Source: an uncultured Chloroflexia bacterium
GTDB taxonomy: Bacteria > Chloroflexota > Dehalococcoidia > UBA2979
DNA length: 64,000 nt
Direction of reading: 5' to 3'
Assembly (NCBI GenBank): GCA_963728205.1
Contig: CAVSIV010000002.1
Coordinates: 512,001 to 576,000, forward strand
In this document: piece after piece, positions 1 to 9,448 of the stretch
How the letters are laid out: every line of letters starts with the position of its first letter
How positions within the stretch are numbered: position 1 is the stretch's first letter
The notes under the pieces: model-generated
What the model saw: only the letters and a program-made list of their open reading frames with translations
Databases searched by the model: none
What the model was told of the DNA's origin: nothing
Position numbers and translations under genes: made by a program

Positions 1-1
1 C

Positions 2-1234
2 CTGCGCCCGCTCATCCTCACGGTCTACCTTCCGACCTTTCTGATCGCGATCGGCCAGGGCGCCGTGCTGCCCGTCATCCCGCTGTTCGCGAAGGACCTC
101 GGCGCGAGCATCGGCGTCGCCGGGTTCGTGTTCGCGCTGCGCGGCCTCGGGACGATGGTGTTCGACGTCCCGGCCGGCGTCGCGGCCTCGCGGTTCGGCG
201 ACCGCCGCACGCTGATCGTCGGCGCCGCGGTGATCGTGATCGTCGGCATCGGGTCCGGCACGAGCCACTCGGTCGCGCAGCTCGCGCTGTTCACGTTCGT
301 CTTCGGTGCCGGCAACGCGGTCTTCCAGGTGGGCCGCCTCGCTTACATCAGCGAGGTCGCGCCGGTGCACTACCGCGGCCGCGTGATCTCGCTGATGGGC
401 GGCACGAACCGCGTCGCGACCTTCATCGGCCCGATCCTCGGCGGCTTCCTGGCGAAGGGGTTCGGGTTCCCCGCGGCGTTCTTCCTGCAGGCGGTCGTCG
501 GCGGTAGCGCCGCGCTGATCTTCTTCCTCTTCATCCGCGGCAACGAGGCGCAGCCGATCGTCTCCGAGCACAACGTCTACCGGCGCGTCGGCGAGACCAT
601 GCGCCAGCACCGCGGCAGCTTCCTCACGTGGGGCCTCGCGGTGATCACGCTGCAGGTGCTGCGCAGCGGCCGGCAGATCCTGATCCCGCTGTGGGGCGAC
701 CACGTCGGGCTCGACGTCGCGGCGATCGGCCTCGTGGTCGGCATGTCGTCGGGCATCGACATGCTGCTCTTCTACCCGGTCGGCGTCGTGATGGACCGCT
801 TCGGCCGGAAGTGGGTCGCGGTGCCGAGCCTCGTCGTGCTCTCGATCGGGCTCGCGCTGATCCCGCTCGCGCGCACGTTCCCGGTGCTGCTGCTCGTCGG
901 CGTGCTCACCGGGTTCGGGAACGGGCTCGGCACGGGCATCGTGATGACGCTCGGCGCCGACCTCTCGCCGCCGATCGGTCGCGGCGAGTTCCTCGGGGTG
1001 TGGCGTCTCGTGGGCGACGTCGGCACGGCCGGCGGGCCGTTCGTGATCGGCGCAATCGCGCAGGTGCTGACGCTCGGCGCGGCGTCGCTGACGGCGGCCG
1101 GCGTGGGGATGGTCGGCGCGGTGTTCATGCTGCTGCGAGCGCGCGAGACGCTGACACGCGAGCCGTCGGCGCGCGGCGACCCCGGCGGTGCCGCCGAGAC
1201 GAGCGAGACCGGCGCGCCGCGCGGCGGCGGCTGA
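2..1234 (+). CDS. MFS transporter (5' end truncated by window edge)
   Basis: Frame open from base 2 (LRPLILTVYLPTF...); many hydrophobic helices; MFS motif-A-like ASRFGDRR and MDRFGRK. Confidence 0.9.
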   Translation: MRPLILTVYLPTFLIAIGQGAVLPVIPLFAKDLGASIGVAGFVFALRGLGTMVFDVPAGVAASRFGDRRTLIVGAAVIVIVGIGSGTSHSVAQLALFTFVFGAGNAVFQVGRLAYISEVAPVHYRGRVISLMGGTNRVATFIGPILGGFLAKGFGFPAAFFLQAVVGGSAALIFFLFIRGNEAQPIVSEHNVYRRVGETMRQHRGSFLTWGLAVITLQVLRSGRQILIPLWGDHVGLDVAAIGLVVGMSSGIDMLLFYPVGVVMDRFGRKWVAVPSLVVLSIGLALIPLARTFPVLLLVGVLTGFGNGLGTGIVMTLGADLSPPIGRGEFLGVWRLVGDVGTAGGPFVIGAIAQVLTLGAASLTAAGVGMVGAVFMLLRARETLTREPSARGDPGGAAETSETGAPRGGG

Positions 1235-1265
1235 GCGGCGGGCGACCGGCGGCTACGATGAGGCC

Positions 1266-1643
1266 ATGAGCGATCCCAACACGCGGCTCGTCTACTCCAG
1301 CGACGGCGGTCGCGTGCGTCCGCCCCGCGAGACGCCGCCGGCGAAGGGTCGCGGCGGGCGGTCGGGCGGCGGCAGCGCGAACGCGCTCCCCGAAGATCCC
1401 GGCGACGGCGTCGTGCGGCTGCACCGCGGCAAGTCCGCGCGGGGCGGCAAGCCCGGCACGCTCGTCGTCGGCCTGCCCGGCACCGACGCCGAGCTCGACG
1501 CCGTGCTCAAGCGCGTGAAGCAGCGCCTCGGCACCGGCGGCACGCGGCAGGGGCGGGTGCTCGTGATCCAGGGCGACCACCGCGAGCCGCTGCGCGCGAT
1601 GCTCCAGGCCGACGGCCTCCGCGTGAAGCTGGCCGGCGGCTAG
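1266..1643 (+). CDS. yciH: SUI1/eIF1-like translation initiation factor
   Basis: RLVYSSDGG N-terminus, RGGKPGT, LGTGGT and IQGDHR motifs typical of YciH/SUI1. Confidence 0.85.
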   Translation: MSDPNTRLVYSSDGGRVRPPRETPPAKGRGGRSGGGSANALPEDPGDGVVRLHRGKSARGGKPGTLVVGLPGTDAELDAVLKRVKQRLGTGGTRQGRVLVIQGDHREPLRAMLQADGLRVKLAGG

Positions 1644-2041
1644 CCGGCGACGAACGACAGCCGCACCTGCCGGTGCGCGTTGTCGACGTTCGTGTCGACC
1701 ATCACCACGCTCTGCCACGTGCCCAGCGCCGGCTCGCCGTCGAAGACGGGCAGCACCAGCGACGGGCTCACGAGCACCGGCAGCAGGTGGTCGGCGCCGT
1801 GGCCCTGCGCGCCGTGCGCGTGACGGTAGCGGTCGTCGCGCGGCAGCAGCCGGTCGAGCGCGGCCTCGAGGTCGGGCTCCGAGCCGGAGCCGGTCTCCAT
1901 CAGCGCGAGCCCCGCGGTCGCGTGCGGCGCGAAGACGTGCACGAGCCCGTCGCCGCGATCCCGGCAGAACGCGACGACGTCCGACGTGAGGTCGGCGACG
2001 CGCCGCCGCGAGGTGTCCACGTCGATCAGGGTGGTGTCCAC
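1640..2041 (-). CDS. yjbQ: YjbQ/UPF0047 family protein (secondary thiamine-phosphate synthase)
   Basis: HATAGL, YRHAH...DH and LGTWQ motifs; GTG start at 2041 chosen. Confidence 0.88.
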   Translation of the reverse strand: MDTTLIDVDTSRRRVADLTSDVVAFCRDRGDGLVHVFAPHATAGLALMETGSGSEPDLEAALDRLLPRDDRYRHAHGAQGHGADHLLPVLVSPSLVLPVFDGEPALGTWQSVVMVDTNVDNAHRQVRLSFVAG

Positions 2042-2144
2042 CGGCGGTTCCCTTCGCGCGCGAATCCAGTATCGCAAGCGGCGGCAGACACGCCGCCGAT
2101 TTCCCGAGGGGCGTCCGCGCTGCGGCATGGCGTCGCCACCGCGC

Positions 2145-2268
2145 CCCACCGCGGCGGCAGACATGCCGCCGACAGGGCGGCGTGCGCCGGCGCGTCGGTC
2201 GTGCGCGACGCCGTCAGCGATTGGAAGCGGTCGCGGCGTGTCGGCGGCATGTCTGCCGCCGCTGTGGG
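2145..2268. repeat. Intergenic element with 30-bp inverted arms (REP/MITE-like), copy 1
   Basis: 2145-2174 cccaccgcggcggcagacatgccgccgaca pairs with 2239-2268 tgtcggcggcatgtctgccgccgctgtggg (1 mismatch); related copy at 51470-51560. Confidence 0.8.
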
Positions 2269-2332
2269 TTCGCCGCCCCGGCCGCCGCAGAATGGCGCCC
2301 CGTCCGGCTGCGGGAACGGCGCGCCGGACCGC

Positions 2333-3640
2333 CTACTGGTACGGCGCGAGTTGATCGCGGATCACGGCGGCGTCACCGACGGCGACGATCGTCATCTCGT
2401 CGCCGCGCAGGTACGCGGCGGTCACGCGACGCACCTCGTCGGGCGTCACCGCGTAGGCGCGGTCCACGTAGCCCTCGGCAAACGACTCCGGAAGGCCGTG
2501 GAGCTCCAGGAACGCCAGCTGCTCGGCGACGCCGCTCGGCGTGGCGTAGTGCATCATGTACGTGCCCGCGACATAACGCTGGATGCTCTCCAGCTCCTCG
2601 GCGCCGGGCGCCGTCCCGCGGAGCCGCTCGATCTCCGCGAACACCTCTTGCAGCGACGCGCCGGTGACGTTCGTCGTCACGTCGGCGATCTCCATCCAGT
2701 GGGCGTCGCGCCGGCGCAGCGAGAGGTAGCTGTGCGGCGAGTACGTGTACCCCTTGTCCTCGCGGAGGTTCATCGTGATGCGCGAGTAGAAGGCGCCGCC
2801 GAGCAGGGCGTTCGTCACCGCGAGCGGCACCCAGTCCGCGTGGAGCGGGCTCGGCACGGGCAGGCCCACGAACAGCGTGGTCTGCTCGGCGCCCGGCCGG
2901 TCGACGAGCCGCACGACGCGACCGCTGCGCGGGTGGGGCGGCCGGTCCGTTCGTGCCGCGCCGGCATCCCAGCCCGCGAAGGCGTCGCGGATCGCGCCTG
3001 ACACCACGGCCGCGTCGAAGCGGCCGGCGACGTACAGCGCCGCCGTCGCGCCGCCGGTGTTGCGCCGGTAGAAGTCGCGCGCTGCGGCGGCGGTGAACGA
3101 CGCGATGACGCCGTCGGCGGGGAACACGCGACCGTAGGGGTGGTCGCCGTAGAGCGCCGCGCGGAACTCCGCGAGTGCCAGCATCTGCGGCCGCACGCGC
3201 GCGAGGGCCAGCCGTCGCTCGAGGTCCGCCTTCAGCCGCGCCTCCGCCGCCTCGGGGAACGTCGACTCGCGCGCGACCTCGGCGAGCAGCGCCACGGCCG
3301 CCGACGCGTGCTCCGACAGCACGCGGATGCGCACCACCGTCGTGTCGTCGTCGCTGTCGACCTCGAGCTCGCCGCCCAGGTCGGCCGCCGCGTCGGCGAG
3401 CGCCTCGGCGCTCCGCGCGGACGTGCCCTCCTTGAGGTATTCGGCCGCGAGCCGCGACAGCCACGTCTCTCCGGGTGCCTCGTTGATGTCGCCGACGTCG
3501 AGCACCAGCCGCAGCTCGACCTTCGGCACCGAGCCGACGGCGACGAGCGTCGCCTGCAGCCCGTTGTCGAGCCGCAGCCGCTCGGTTGGTGGCAGCGCGA
3601 ACGCCGGCGGGCGGCCGAGCGTCGGCCGCGCGGCGGTCAC
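2333..3640 (-). CDS. M16B peptidase, non-catalytic subunit
   Basis: LDNGL start, degenerate zinc motif, RITMNLREDKGYTY motif; 4-nt overlap with upstream catalytic subunit. Confidence 0.88.
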   Translation of the reverse strand: MTAARPTLGRPPAFALPPTERLRLDNGLQATLVAVGSVPKVELRLVLDVGDINEAPGETWLSRLAAEYLKEGTSARSAEALADAAADLGGELEVDSDDDTTVVRIRVLSEHASAAVALLAEVARESTFPEAAEARLKADLERRLALARVRPQMLALAEFRAALYGDHPYGRVFPADGVIASFTAAAARDFYRRNTGGATAALYVAGRFDAAVVSGAIRDAFAGWDAGAARTDRPPHPRSGRVVRLVDRPGAEQTTLFVGLPVPSPLHADWVPLAVTNALLGGAFYSRITMNLREDKGYTYSPHSYLSLRRRDAHWMEIADVTTNVTGASLQEVFAEIERLRGTAPGAEELESIQRYVAGTYMMHYATPSGVAEQLAFLELHGLPESFAEGYVDRAYAVTPDEVRRVTAAYLRGDEMTIVAVGDAAVIRDQLAPYQ

Positions 3641-4983
3641 GCCGCACCCCCGGCCCCGGCGTCCGCGCCCTCGGCGGCCAGCCCCGGCACCAGCTCGAGC
3701 ACCGTCCGGTTCTCCGGCCGCAGGTACTCGCGTGCCGCCTCGAGCACGATCTCCGGCGTCAGCGCCTCGAAGCGCGCCGGCACGGCGTTGATGCGCGCGG
3801 GGTCGTCGTCGAACAGCGCGAAGCTCGCGAGCAGGTTCGCCCGACCGAAGCCCGGGTAGTAGAAGCCCGCCATTGACTCGTAGTACGCCGAGCGCGCCTT
3901 CACGACCGCGCGCGCGAACGTCGCGGCGTCCAGCGGCGCCTCGCGTACGCGGTCAATCACGCCGTCGATCGACTGGAGGATCGAGTCGGCGGAGGCGCCC
4001 GGGTCGTGGATCAGCGACGCCGTCCACAGCAGCGGCGTCTGCGCGTCGTACATGTTGCCGAGGAAGTTGATGCCGCCGTCGACGTGGCTCGTCACGGCGC
4101 GCCGCTTCACCAGCTCCTGCGCCAGCGCCGCGTCGTCGCCGCGCAGCAGCGCCTGCGTGAGCAGCCCGAGCGCGTAGTAGGCGTCTGTGCCGCGCTCGGG
4201 CGTGTGGTACGACACGGCGAGCGCGGGGCGGTTCGCGTGCTCGTCGGTGATCGACGCGCGCCGCTCCGCCGCCTGGCGCGGCTCGGTGAGGTCGGGCAGC
4301 GGCGGCGCCGGCCGCGCCGGCAGGTCGAAGTAGCGCGTCGCGAGCTCCAGCGCGCGGTCGGGCTCGAAGTCGCCGGTCACGACCAGCACGGCGTTGGACG
4401 GGCCGTAGTAGTCGTCGAAGAAGCGCTGCACGTCGCCGAGGCTCGCGGCGTCGAGGTCGGCCATGTCGCCGTAGCCGTTGTGGGCGTTCTGCCAGTTCGT
4501 ATAGGCGTGCTCCGCCATGTGGATCCACGGGAAGCCGCCATATGGCTGGTTCAGCACGTTGACGCGGATCTCGTTCTTCACCACATCGCGCTGGTTATCG
4601 AGCTCCTCCTGCGTGATGCGCGGGCCGCGCATGCGCTCGGCCTCGATCCACAGCGCCAGGTCCAGCGCGTGGGCCGGCAGCACCTCGAAGTAGTTCGTGA
4701 AGTTGTAGGCAGTGGAGCCGTTGAGCTGGCCGCCGTTCTGCTCGACCAGCCGCACGACCTCCATCTTCTCGAGCTGCCCCGACCCCTGGAACATCAGGTG
4801 CTCGAAGAGGTGGGCGAACCCGGTGCGGCCACGCGGCTCGAGGCGCATGCCGACGTGGTAGTAGACGGCGACCGTGACGACGGGCGCCGAGCGATCGGGC
4901 GACAGCACGACCCGCAGCCCGTTGGCGAGCCGGTGATCGTGGACGGGGATGGCGAGCGCGAACGACTGAGCCCCCGGAACCAC
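3637..4983 (-). CDS. M16B (pitrilysin-like) zinc peptidase, catalytic subunit
   Basis: GFAHLFEHLMFQGS (HxxEH), NGST, VKNE; SD GGGGAG upstream. Confidence 0.92.
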   Translation of the reverse strand: MVPGAQSFALAIPVHDHRLANGLRVVLSPDRSAPVVTVAVYYHVGMRLEPRGRTGFAHLFEHLMFQGSGQLEKMEVVRLVEQNGGQLNGSTAYNFTNYFEVLPAHALDLALWIEAERMRGPRITQEELDNQRDVVKNEIRVNVLNQPYGGFPWIHMAEHAYTNWQNAHNGYGDMADLDAASLGDVQRFFDDYYGPSNAVLVVTGDFEPDRALELATRYFDLPARPAPPLPDLTEPRQAAERRASITDEHANRPALAVSYHTPERGTDAYYALGLLTQALLRGDDAALAQELVKRRAVTSHVDGGINFLGNMYDAQTPLLWTASLIHDPGASADSILQSIDGVIDRVREAPLDAATFARAVVKARSAYYESMAGFYYPGFGRANLLASFALFDDDPARINAVPARFEALTPEIVLEAAREYLRPENRTVLELVPGLAAEGADAGAGGAA

Positions 4984-5074
4984 GCACTCCCCCTCACACC
5001 GGCACGAACGACCATGCTAGCGCACGGGGTCGCGAGGGGCTCCGGCCGAGACCGGCTGGTTCGAGCGGCTCCTG

Positions 5075-6895
5075 CTACTCGATCGACACGAGCGCGGCGC
5101 GGGCGCGCATCACGGCCTCGGTCGTGCCCCACAGCAGGAGGCGGTCGCCACGCTGCAGCACCGTGTTGCCGTGCGGGATCACCTCCTGGTCGCCGCGCCG
5201 CACCAGCAGCACGAGCACCCGCTCGGGCAACCCCAGCTGGCGTACCGCGCGACCCGCGAGCCCGCTGCCGACCGGCACCTCGAGCGACAGCCGCTCGCCC
5301 CCGGCGGAGAGCGCGTCGTGGAGCACGGGCGTGCCGATCACGTCCATGAACGCCTGCGCCACCGCGTCGGCCTCCGAGACCGCGTGGATGCCCGCGTTGC
5401 GGAAGGCCTCGGCGGCGTCGGCCTGGTGCACGCGGGCGAACGTCTGCGCCTCGGGGTTCTCCGCCCGCACGTACTGGCAGAACAGCAGATTCGCCTGGTC
5501 GCTGTCCGTCGCGCCGACCGCGATCTGCGCGCGGTTCGCCTCCACGCTGCGGAGGAAGTGCACGCTCGTGGCGTCGCCCAGCTGCGCGTCGAGCCCGGCG
5601 GCCCGCGCGCGCTCGACGGAGTCCGGGAACGGGTCGATCAGCGTGACGTCGAACCCGCCGCCGGCGAGGTGCGTCGCCAGCTGGCGCGCGAGCCGCCCAC
5701 TGCCGGCGATCACGGCTTTCATCGCCCGCACCTCGAGCACCCGCGCGAGCCATCCTGCATAGGTGGACTGTACGGCAACGGTCAGCGCGATCGTCAGGAA
5801 CACGAGCGCCGTCAGCGCGTGCCCCCCGGCCGCCTCGCCCAGGCGCTCGCCGGCCAGCGCCGCGAGCGCCGCTGCCACCACGCCGCGCGGGCCCATGAGC
5901 CCCACGTACGCCCGCTCGCGCCACGTCAGGTCCGAGCGGAACGCGCACGCCAGCGCCACCGCCGGCCGCACCAGCACCATCAGCGCCAGCACGACCAGCA
6001 CGCCGCCGGGCCACAGCACCCGCAGCGCGTGCACGTCGACGCTCGCCGCCGCGAGCACGTAGACCGCCGCGATCATCAACCGCGAGAGGTCGTCCTCGAA
6101 CGCGCGCACCGATTCGGCGTGCGGCACGCCGGCCGCCGCGAGCCCCACGCCCATCACCACCATTGCCGAGAGCCCGCTGTTCGGCAGCAGCCGCTCGGCC
6201 AGCGCGAACACGCCGATGCTCATCCCGAACAGCAGGAGCGCGCTCTCGCGGCTCGACGACCCGCGGTTGAGCCACAGGACGACGCGCACCGCGCCGACCC
6301 CGGCGAGCCCGAGCGCCGCGCCCCCGCCGAGCCGCGACGCCGCCCACAGCAGCGGCACCGGCTGGACGCCCGACAGCACGAACTCCAGCGCAACCACCAC
6401 GACGACCGCGCCGAGCGGATCGATCAGCACGGCCTCGCCGAGGAGCACCGCGCGCACGTGATCGTTGAGCCGTACGGACCGCACCAGCGGCGTGATCACC
6501 GTCGGTCCCGTCACGGTCACCAGCGCGCCGAAGAGCACGGCCGCGTGCCACGGCAGCAGCCCGGTCGCGCCGACCAGCAGCGCGCCGGCGGCGAACGTGA
6601 GCACCAGTCCGATCGTCAGCAGGTTGCGCACCACGCGGCCGACGCGCCGCAGGTACACGAGGTCGATCGAGAACGCGCCCTCGAACACGATCATCGCGAC
6701 GAGCAGCTCGAGCGCGACCTCGAACGGCTTGCCGATGACGTGCGCGTCGACGAGCCCGAGCACGGACGGCCCCGCGAGGATCCCGACCAGCAGGTAGAGC
6801 AGGATCGCGGGGACGCGCAGGCGCCGCGCCAGGATCTGCCCGACCGCAACGGCGAAGCCCACGGTGCCCACCGCGGACAGCAGGGCCGCCTGCAT
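5075..6895 (-). CDS. Cation:proton antiporter (CPA1/NhaP-like) with TrkA-N and TrkA-C (RCK) domains
   Basis: TM domain with TGPTV, EAVLIDP and GPRGVVAA; C-terminal IAGSGRLA Rossmann motif and IPHGNTVLQRGD. Confidence 0.9.
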   Translation of the reverse strand: MQAALLSAVGTVGFAVAVGQILARRLRVPAILLYLLVGILAGPSVLGLVDAHVIGKPFEVALELLVAMIVFEGAFSIDLVYLRRVGRVVRNLLTIGLVLTFAAGALLVGATGLLPWHAAVLFGALVTVTGPTVITPLVRSVRLNDHVRAVLLGEAVLIDPLGAVVVVVALEFVLSGVQPVPLLWAASRLGGGAALGLAGVGAVRVVLWLNRGSSSRESALLLFGMSIGVFALAERLLPNSGLSAMVVMGVGLAAAGVPHAESVRAFEDDLSRLMIAAVYVLAAASVDVHALRVLWPGGVLVVLALMVLVRPAVALACAFRSDLTWRERAYVGLMGPRGVVAAALAALAGERLGEAAGGHALTALVFLTIALTVAVQSTYAGWLARVLEVRAMKAVIAGSGRLARQLATHLAGGGFDVTLIDPFPDSVERARAAGLDAQLGDATSVHFLRSVEANRAQIAVGATDSDQANLLFCQYVRAENPEAQTFARVHQADAAEAFRNAGIHAVSEADAVAQAFMDVIGTPVLHDALSAGGERLSLEVPVGSGLAGRAVRQLGLPERVLVLLVRRGDQEVIPHGNTVLQRGDRLLLWGTTEAVMRARAALVSIE

Positions 6896-6929
6896 CGCGC
6901 CTCCCAGCGCCTGCCCGACTCAGCTCAGG

Positions 6930-7892
6930 CTATCCGCTGCCGCCGCCGAGCACGCGCGCGAGCGCCGCGCTCAACTCGTCCTGCGTGACGAACGACTCGA
7001 ACCGCGCGGCGATCCTGCCGTCGGCGCCGACGATGAACGTCCACTCGTCCGTCGGGATGCGCCACTGCTTCAGCACAGGGTTGCGGACCGCCCGGGCGAG
7101 GTCGCCGTGGATCTGGTCGGGGTTCTCGTAGATGTCGACGTGGAGGAAGTCCGCGCGCCCCGCGAACTGCTGCGCCAGCGCACTCGCCACGTCGACCTCG
7201 GGACCGCACAGCGGGTTCGTGCAGAACGCGGGGCTCGCGAAGACGACGACGAACGGCGTATGCGCCGCGAGCGCGCCGGCGATGCTCACCCGGTAGAGCG
7301 CGGGGTCGGGCGTGCTCGCGGTCGTGAGCTGCGCGAGCGACGACACGTCGGCGGCGGTGCGGTTCTGCGACGGCGGCGCGGCGTCGCCGACGTCGAGCGC
7401 CTGCGTGTGCTCCGCCACGTCGAACGTGAACGAGACGACGGCCGTGCTGCCGCCCGGCCGCGGGACGTGCACGTCGAGGCCCCAGCGGCCGGCGCGGTCG
7501 AAGTCGAGCGACAGCACGTCGAGGCCGCGCGACCCGTCGGGAAACGGGGTGAAGCGCGCGGTCACGCGCTGGACCGGGCCCTCACGCGGGCCGCTGGCCG
7601 GATCGAAGAAGCTGTCGACCTGGAGCGCCGGCAGCGCGATCACCCCCTGCGCGTCGCTCATCGTGAACGCAACGCGGCGCGCGCCGACGGCGAGGTCGGG
7701 CGTGCCGAGGATCGTGCGGATGCCGGTGGCGGCGTCGCTGTACGTCGGGTAGCCGGCGCCGAAGAGCGGCGCTGGCGTCGCGGTCGGGGTCGCGGGCCCG
7801 CCGCGGGCGCCGCATGCCGAGAGCGCCGCGAGCGCCGCCGCGAGCAGGAGCGTCGCGAGCGCCGAGCGCCGCAGTCGCCGAAGCCGAATCAC
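6930..7892 (-). CDS. Lipoprotein with C-terminal thioredoxin-like domain
   Basis: Lipobox LSAC after an Arg-rich n-region; FASPAFCTNPLCGP and EWTFIVGADGRI thioredoxin-fold motifs. Confidence 0.75.
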   Translation of the reverse strand: MIRLRRLRRSALATLLLAAALAALSACGARGGPATPTATPAPLFGAGYPTYSDAATGIRTILGTPDLAVGARRVAFTMSDAQGVIALPALQVDSFFDPASGPREGPVQRVTARFTPFPDGSRGLDVLSLDFDRAGRWGLDVHVPRPGGSTAVVSFTFDVAEHTQALDVGDAAPPSQNRTAADVSSLAQLTTASTPDPALYRVSIAGALAAHTPFVVVFASPAFCTNPLCGPEVDVASALAQQFAGRADFLHVDIYENPDQIHGDLARAVRNPVLKQWRIPTDEWTFIVGADGRIAARFESFVTQDELSAALARVLGGGSG

Positions 7893-8116
7893 GGCCTCGC
7901 CCGGTTGAGCTCGAACCTCACCGCGTACATCGCGCAGCCCTCCGCGTTCGACGCCGGCGGCAGCTCGTGCGCACCGGGTGCCGGCAGCAACACGATCTCG
8001 TACATCCGCGCCTGCGTCACGTTCCTCGCGCCGACGGCGGTCGCGTTCGGACTTCGCCCCGCGCGCCTCCGCCGCGCGCGCCGCCGTCGCCACCACGCGC
8101 GACCGCGATCACGCAC
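7889..8116 (-). CDS. Small hypothetical protein (start uncertain)
   Basis: Stop overlaps the next gene's start (GTGA coupling); no recognisable family. Confidence 0.35.
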   Translation of the reverse strand: MRDRGRAWWRRRRARRRRAGRSPNATAVGARNVTQARMYEIVLLPAPGAHELPPASNAEGCAMYAVRFELNRARP

Positions 8117-8145
8117 TATGCTCCCGCCGCTCGGAAGGAGTCCCC

Positions 8146-9297
8146 GTGGAATTCGTACTGGACGGCGGCCGCGTCTGGACCGGCGGCGCCGCCGACGCCG
8201 CCGCGAGCGGCACGGTCGCCGTGCGCGACGGCCTGGTCGCCGAGCACGCCTCCGGCGATGCCGCGGCGATCGACGTGCGCGGCTGCACCGTCATCCCCGG
8301 CCTGATCGAGGCGCACGCGCACCTCTGCTTCAACGCGCGCCCCGACTGGCGCACCGTCTACGACGCCGACACCCCGTCGCGCATGCTGCTGCGCATGGCG
8401 CACCACGGTCGCGCGATGCTGCGCGCCGGCGTCACGACCGTGCGCGACCTCGGCGCGCCCACCACGCTTGCGGTCGAGCTGCGCGACGCGGTGCGCGCGG
8501 GCCTGATCGAGGCGCCGGACCTGCTCGTCGCCGGCGCGCCGGTCACCACCACCGGCGGCCACTGCTGGTTCATGGGCGGCGAGGCCGATGGCGAGCTCGG
8601 CGTGCGCGTCGGCGTGCGGGAGCGCGTGAAGGCCGGCGTCGACTGGATCAAGGTGATGGCGTCCGGCGGCAACATGACGCCGGGCACGAACCCGTTCCGC
8701 GCGCAGTACACCGTCGACGAGCTGCGCGCCGTGGTCGACGAGGCGCACCGCCTGGGTAAGCGCGTGGCCGCGCACTGCCACGGCGTCGAGGGCATCCGCG
8801 TCGCCGTCGAGGCGGAGGTCGACACGCTCGAGCACTGCTCGTTCCAGACGCCCGACGGCTCCCGCAAGGACGACGCCCTGATCGACGCCATCGCCGCGAA
8901 GGGCCTGATCGTCTCGCCGACGACTTCGGTGTCGCTCGCGCGCATGCCCGACCGCGACCGCTACGAGCGGCGCGCCGACGTCCTGCGCCAGCTCTTCGCC
9001 GCCGGCTGCCGCGTGGTGATGAGCACCGACTGCGGCATCCCGAACGTCCCGCACGAGGCGCTCGCGGGCGGCATCGCCGCGCTGGCCGCGGCCGCCGGCC
9101 TCGCGCCCGCCGCCGCGCTCCGCCTCGCGACGAGCACGTCCGCGGAGCTGCTCGATCTCGACGACCGGGGCGTCGTCGCCCCGGGCAAGCGCGCGGACCT
9201 GCTGGTGGTGGACGGCGACCCGACCGAGGACCTCGCCGCGCTCGAGCGCGTGCGGCTCGTGGTCGCCGGCGGGCGCGTGGTCTACCGGGCGACATAA
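8146..9297 (+). CDS. Metal-dependent amidohydrolase (Xaa-Pro dipeptidase-like)
   Basis: PGLIEAHAH (HxH), GVTTVRDLG, IKVMASGG, AHCHG, EH, STD, GKRADL; SD GAAGGAG. Confidence 0.9.
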   Translation: MEFVLDGGRVWTGGAADAAASGTVAVRDGLVAEHASGDAAAIDVRGCTVIPGLIEAHAHLCFNARPDWRTVYDADTPSRMLLRMAHHGRAMLRAGVTTVRDLGAPTTLAVELRDAVRAGLIEAPDLLVAGAPVTTTGGHCWFMGGEADGELGVRVGVRERVKAGVDWIKVMASGGNMTPGTNPFRAQYTVDELRAVVDEAHRLGKRVAAHCHGVEGIRVAVEAEVDTLEHCSFQTPDGSRKDDALIDAIAAKGLIVSPTTSVSLARMPDRDRYERRADVLRQLFAAGCRVVMSTDCGIPNVPHEALAGGIAALAAAAGLAPAAALRLATSTSAELLDLDDRGVVAPGKRADLLVVDGDPTEDLAALERVRLVVAGGRVVYRAT

Positions 9298-9448
9298 CGC
9301 GGCCGGTCCCGTCACGGGCTTGCACGGCCAACCTGCTCGAGCCCGACCGCGTGCCTTCGCTGCGCCCGCTGCTGCGCCGGGATCCCGAGCCCCGCTCCTG
9401 GCGGCGCTGGCCGCCCCGGTAACATAAAGAGTCCGGCGGAGGTCGTGC

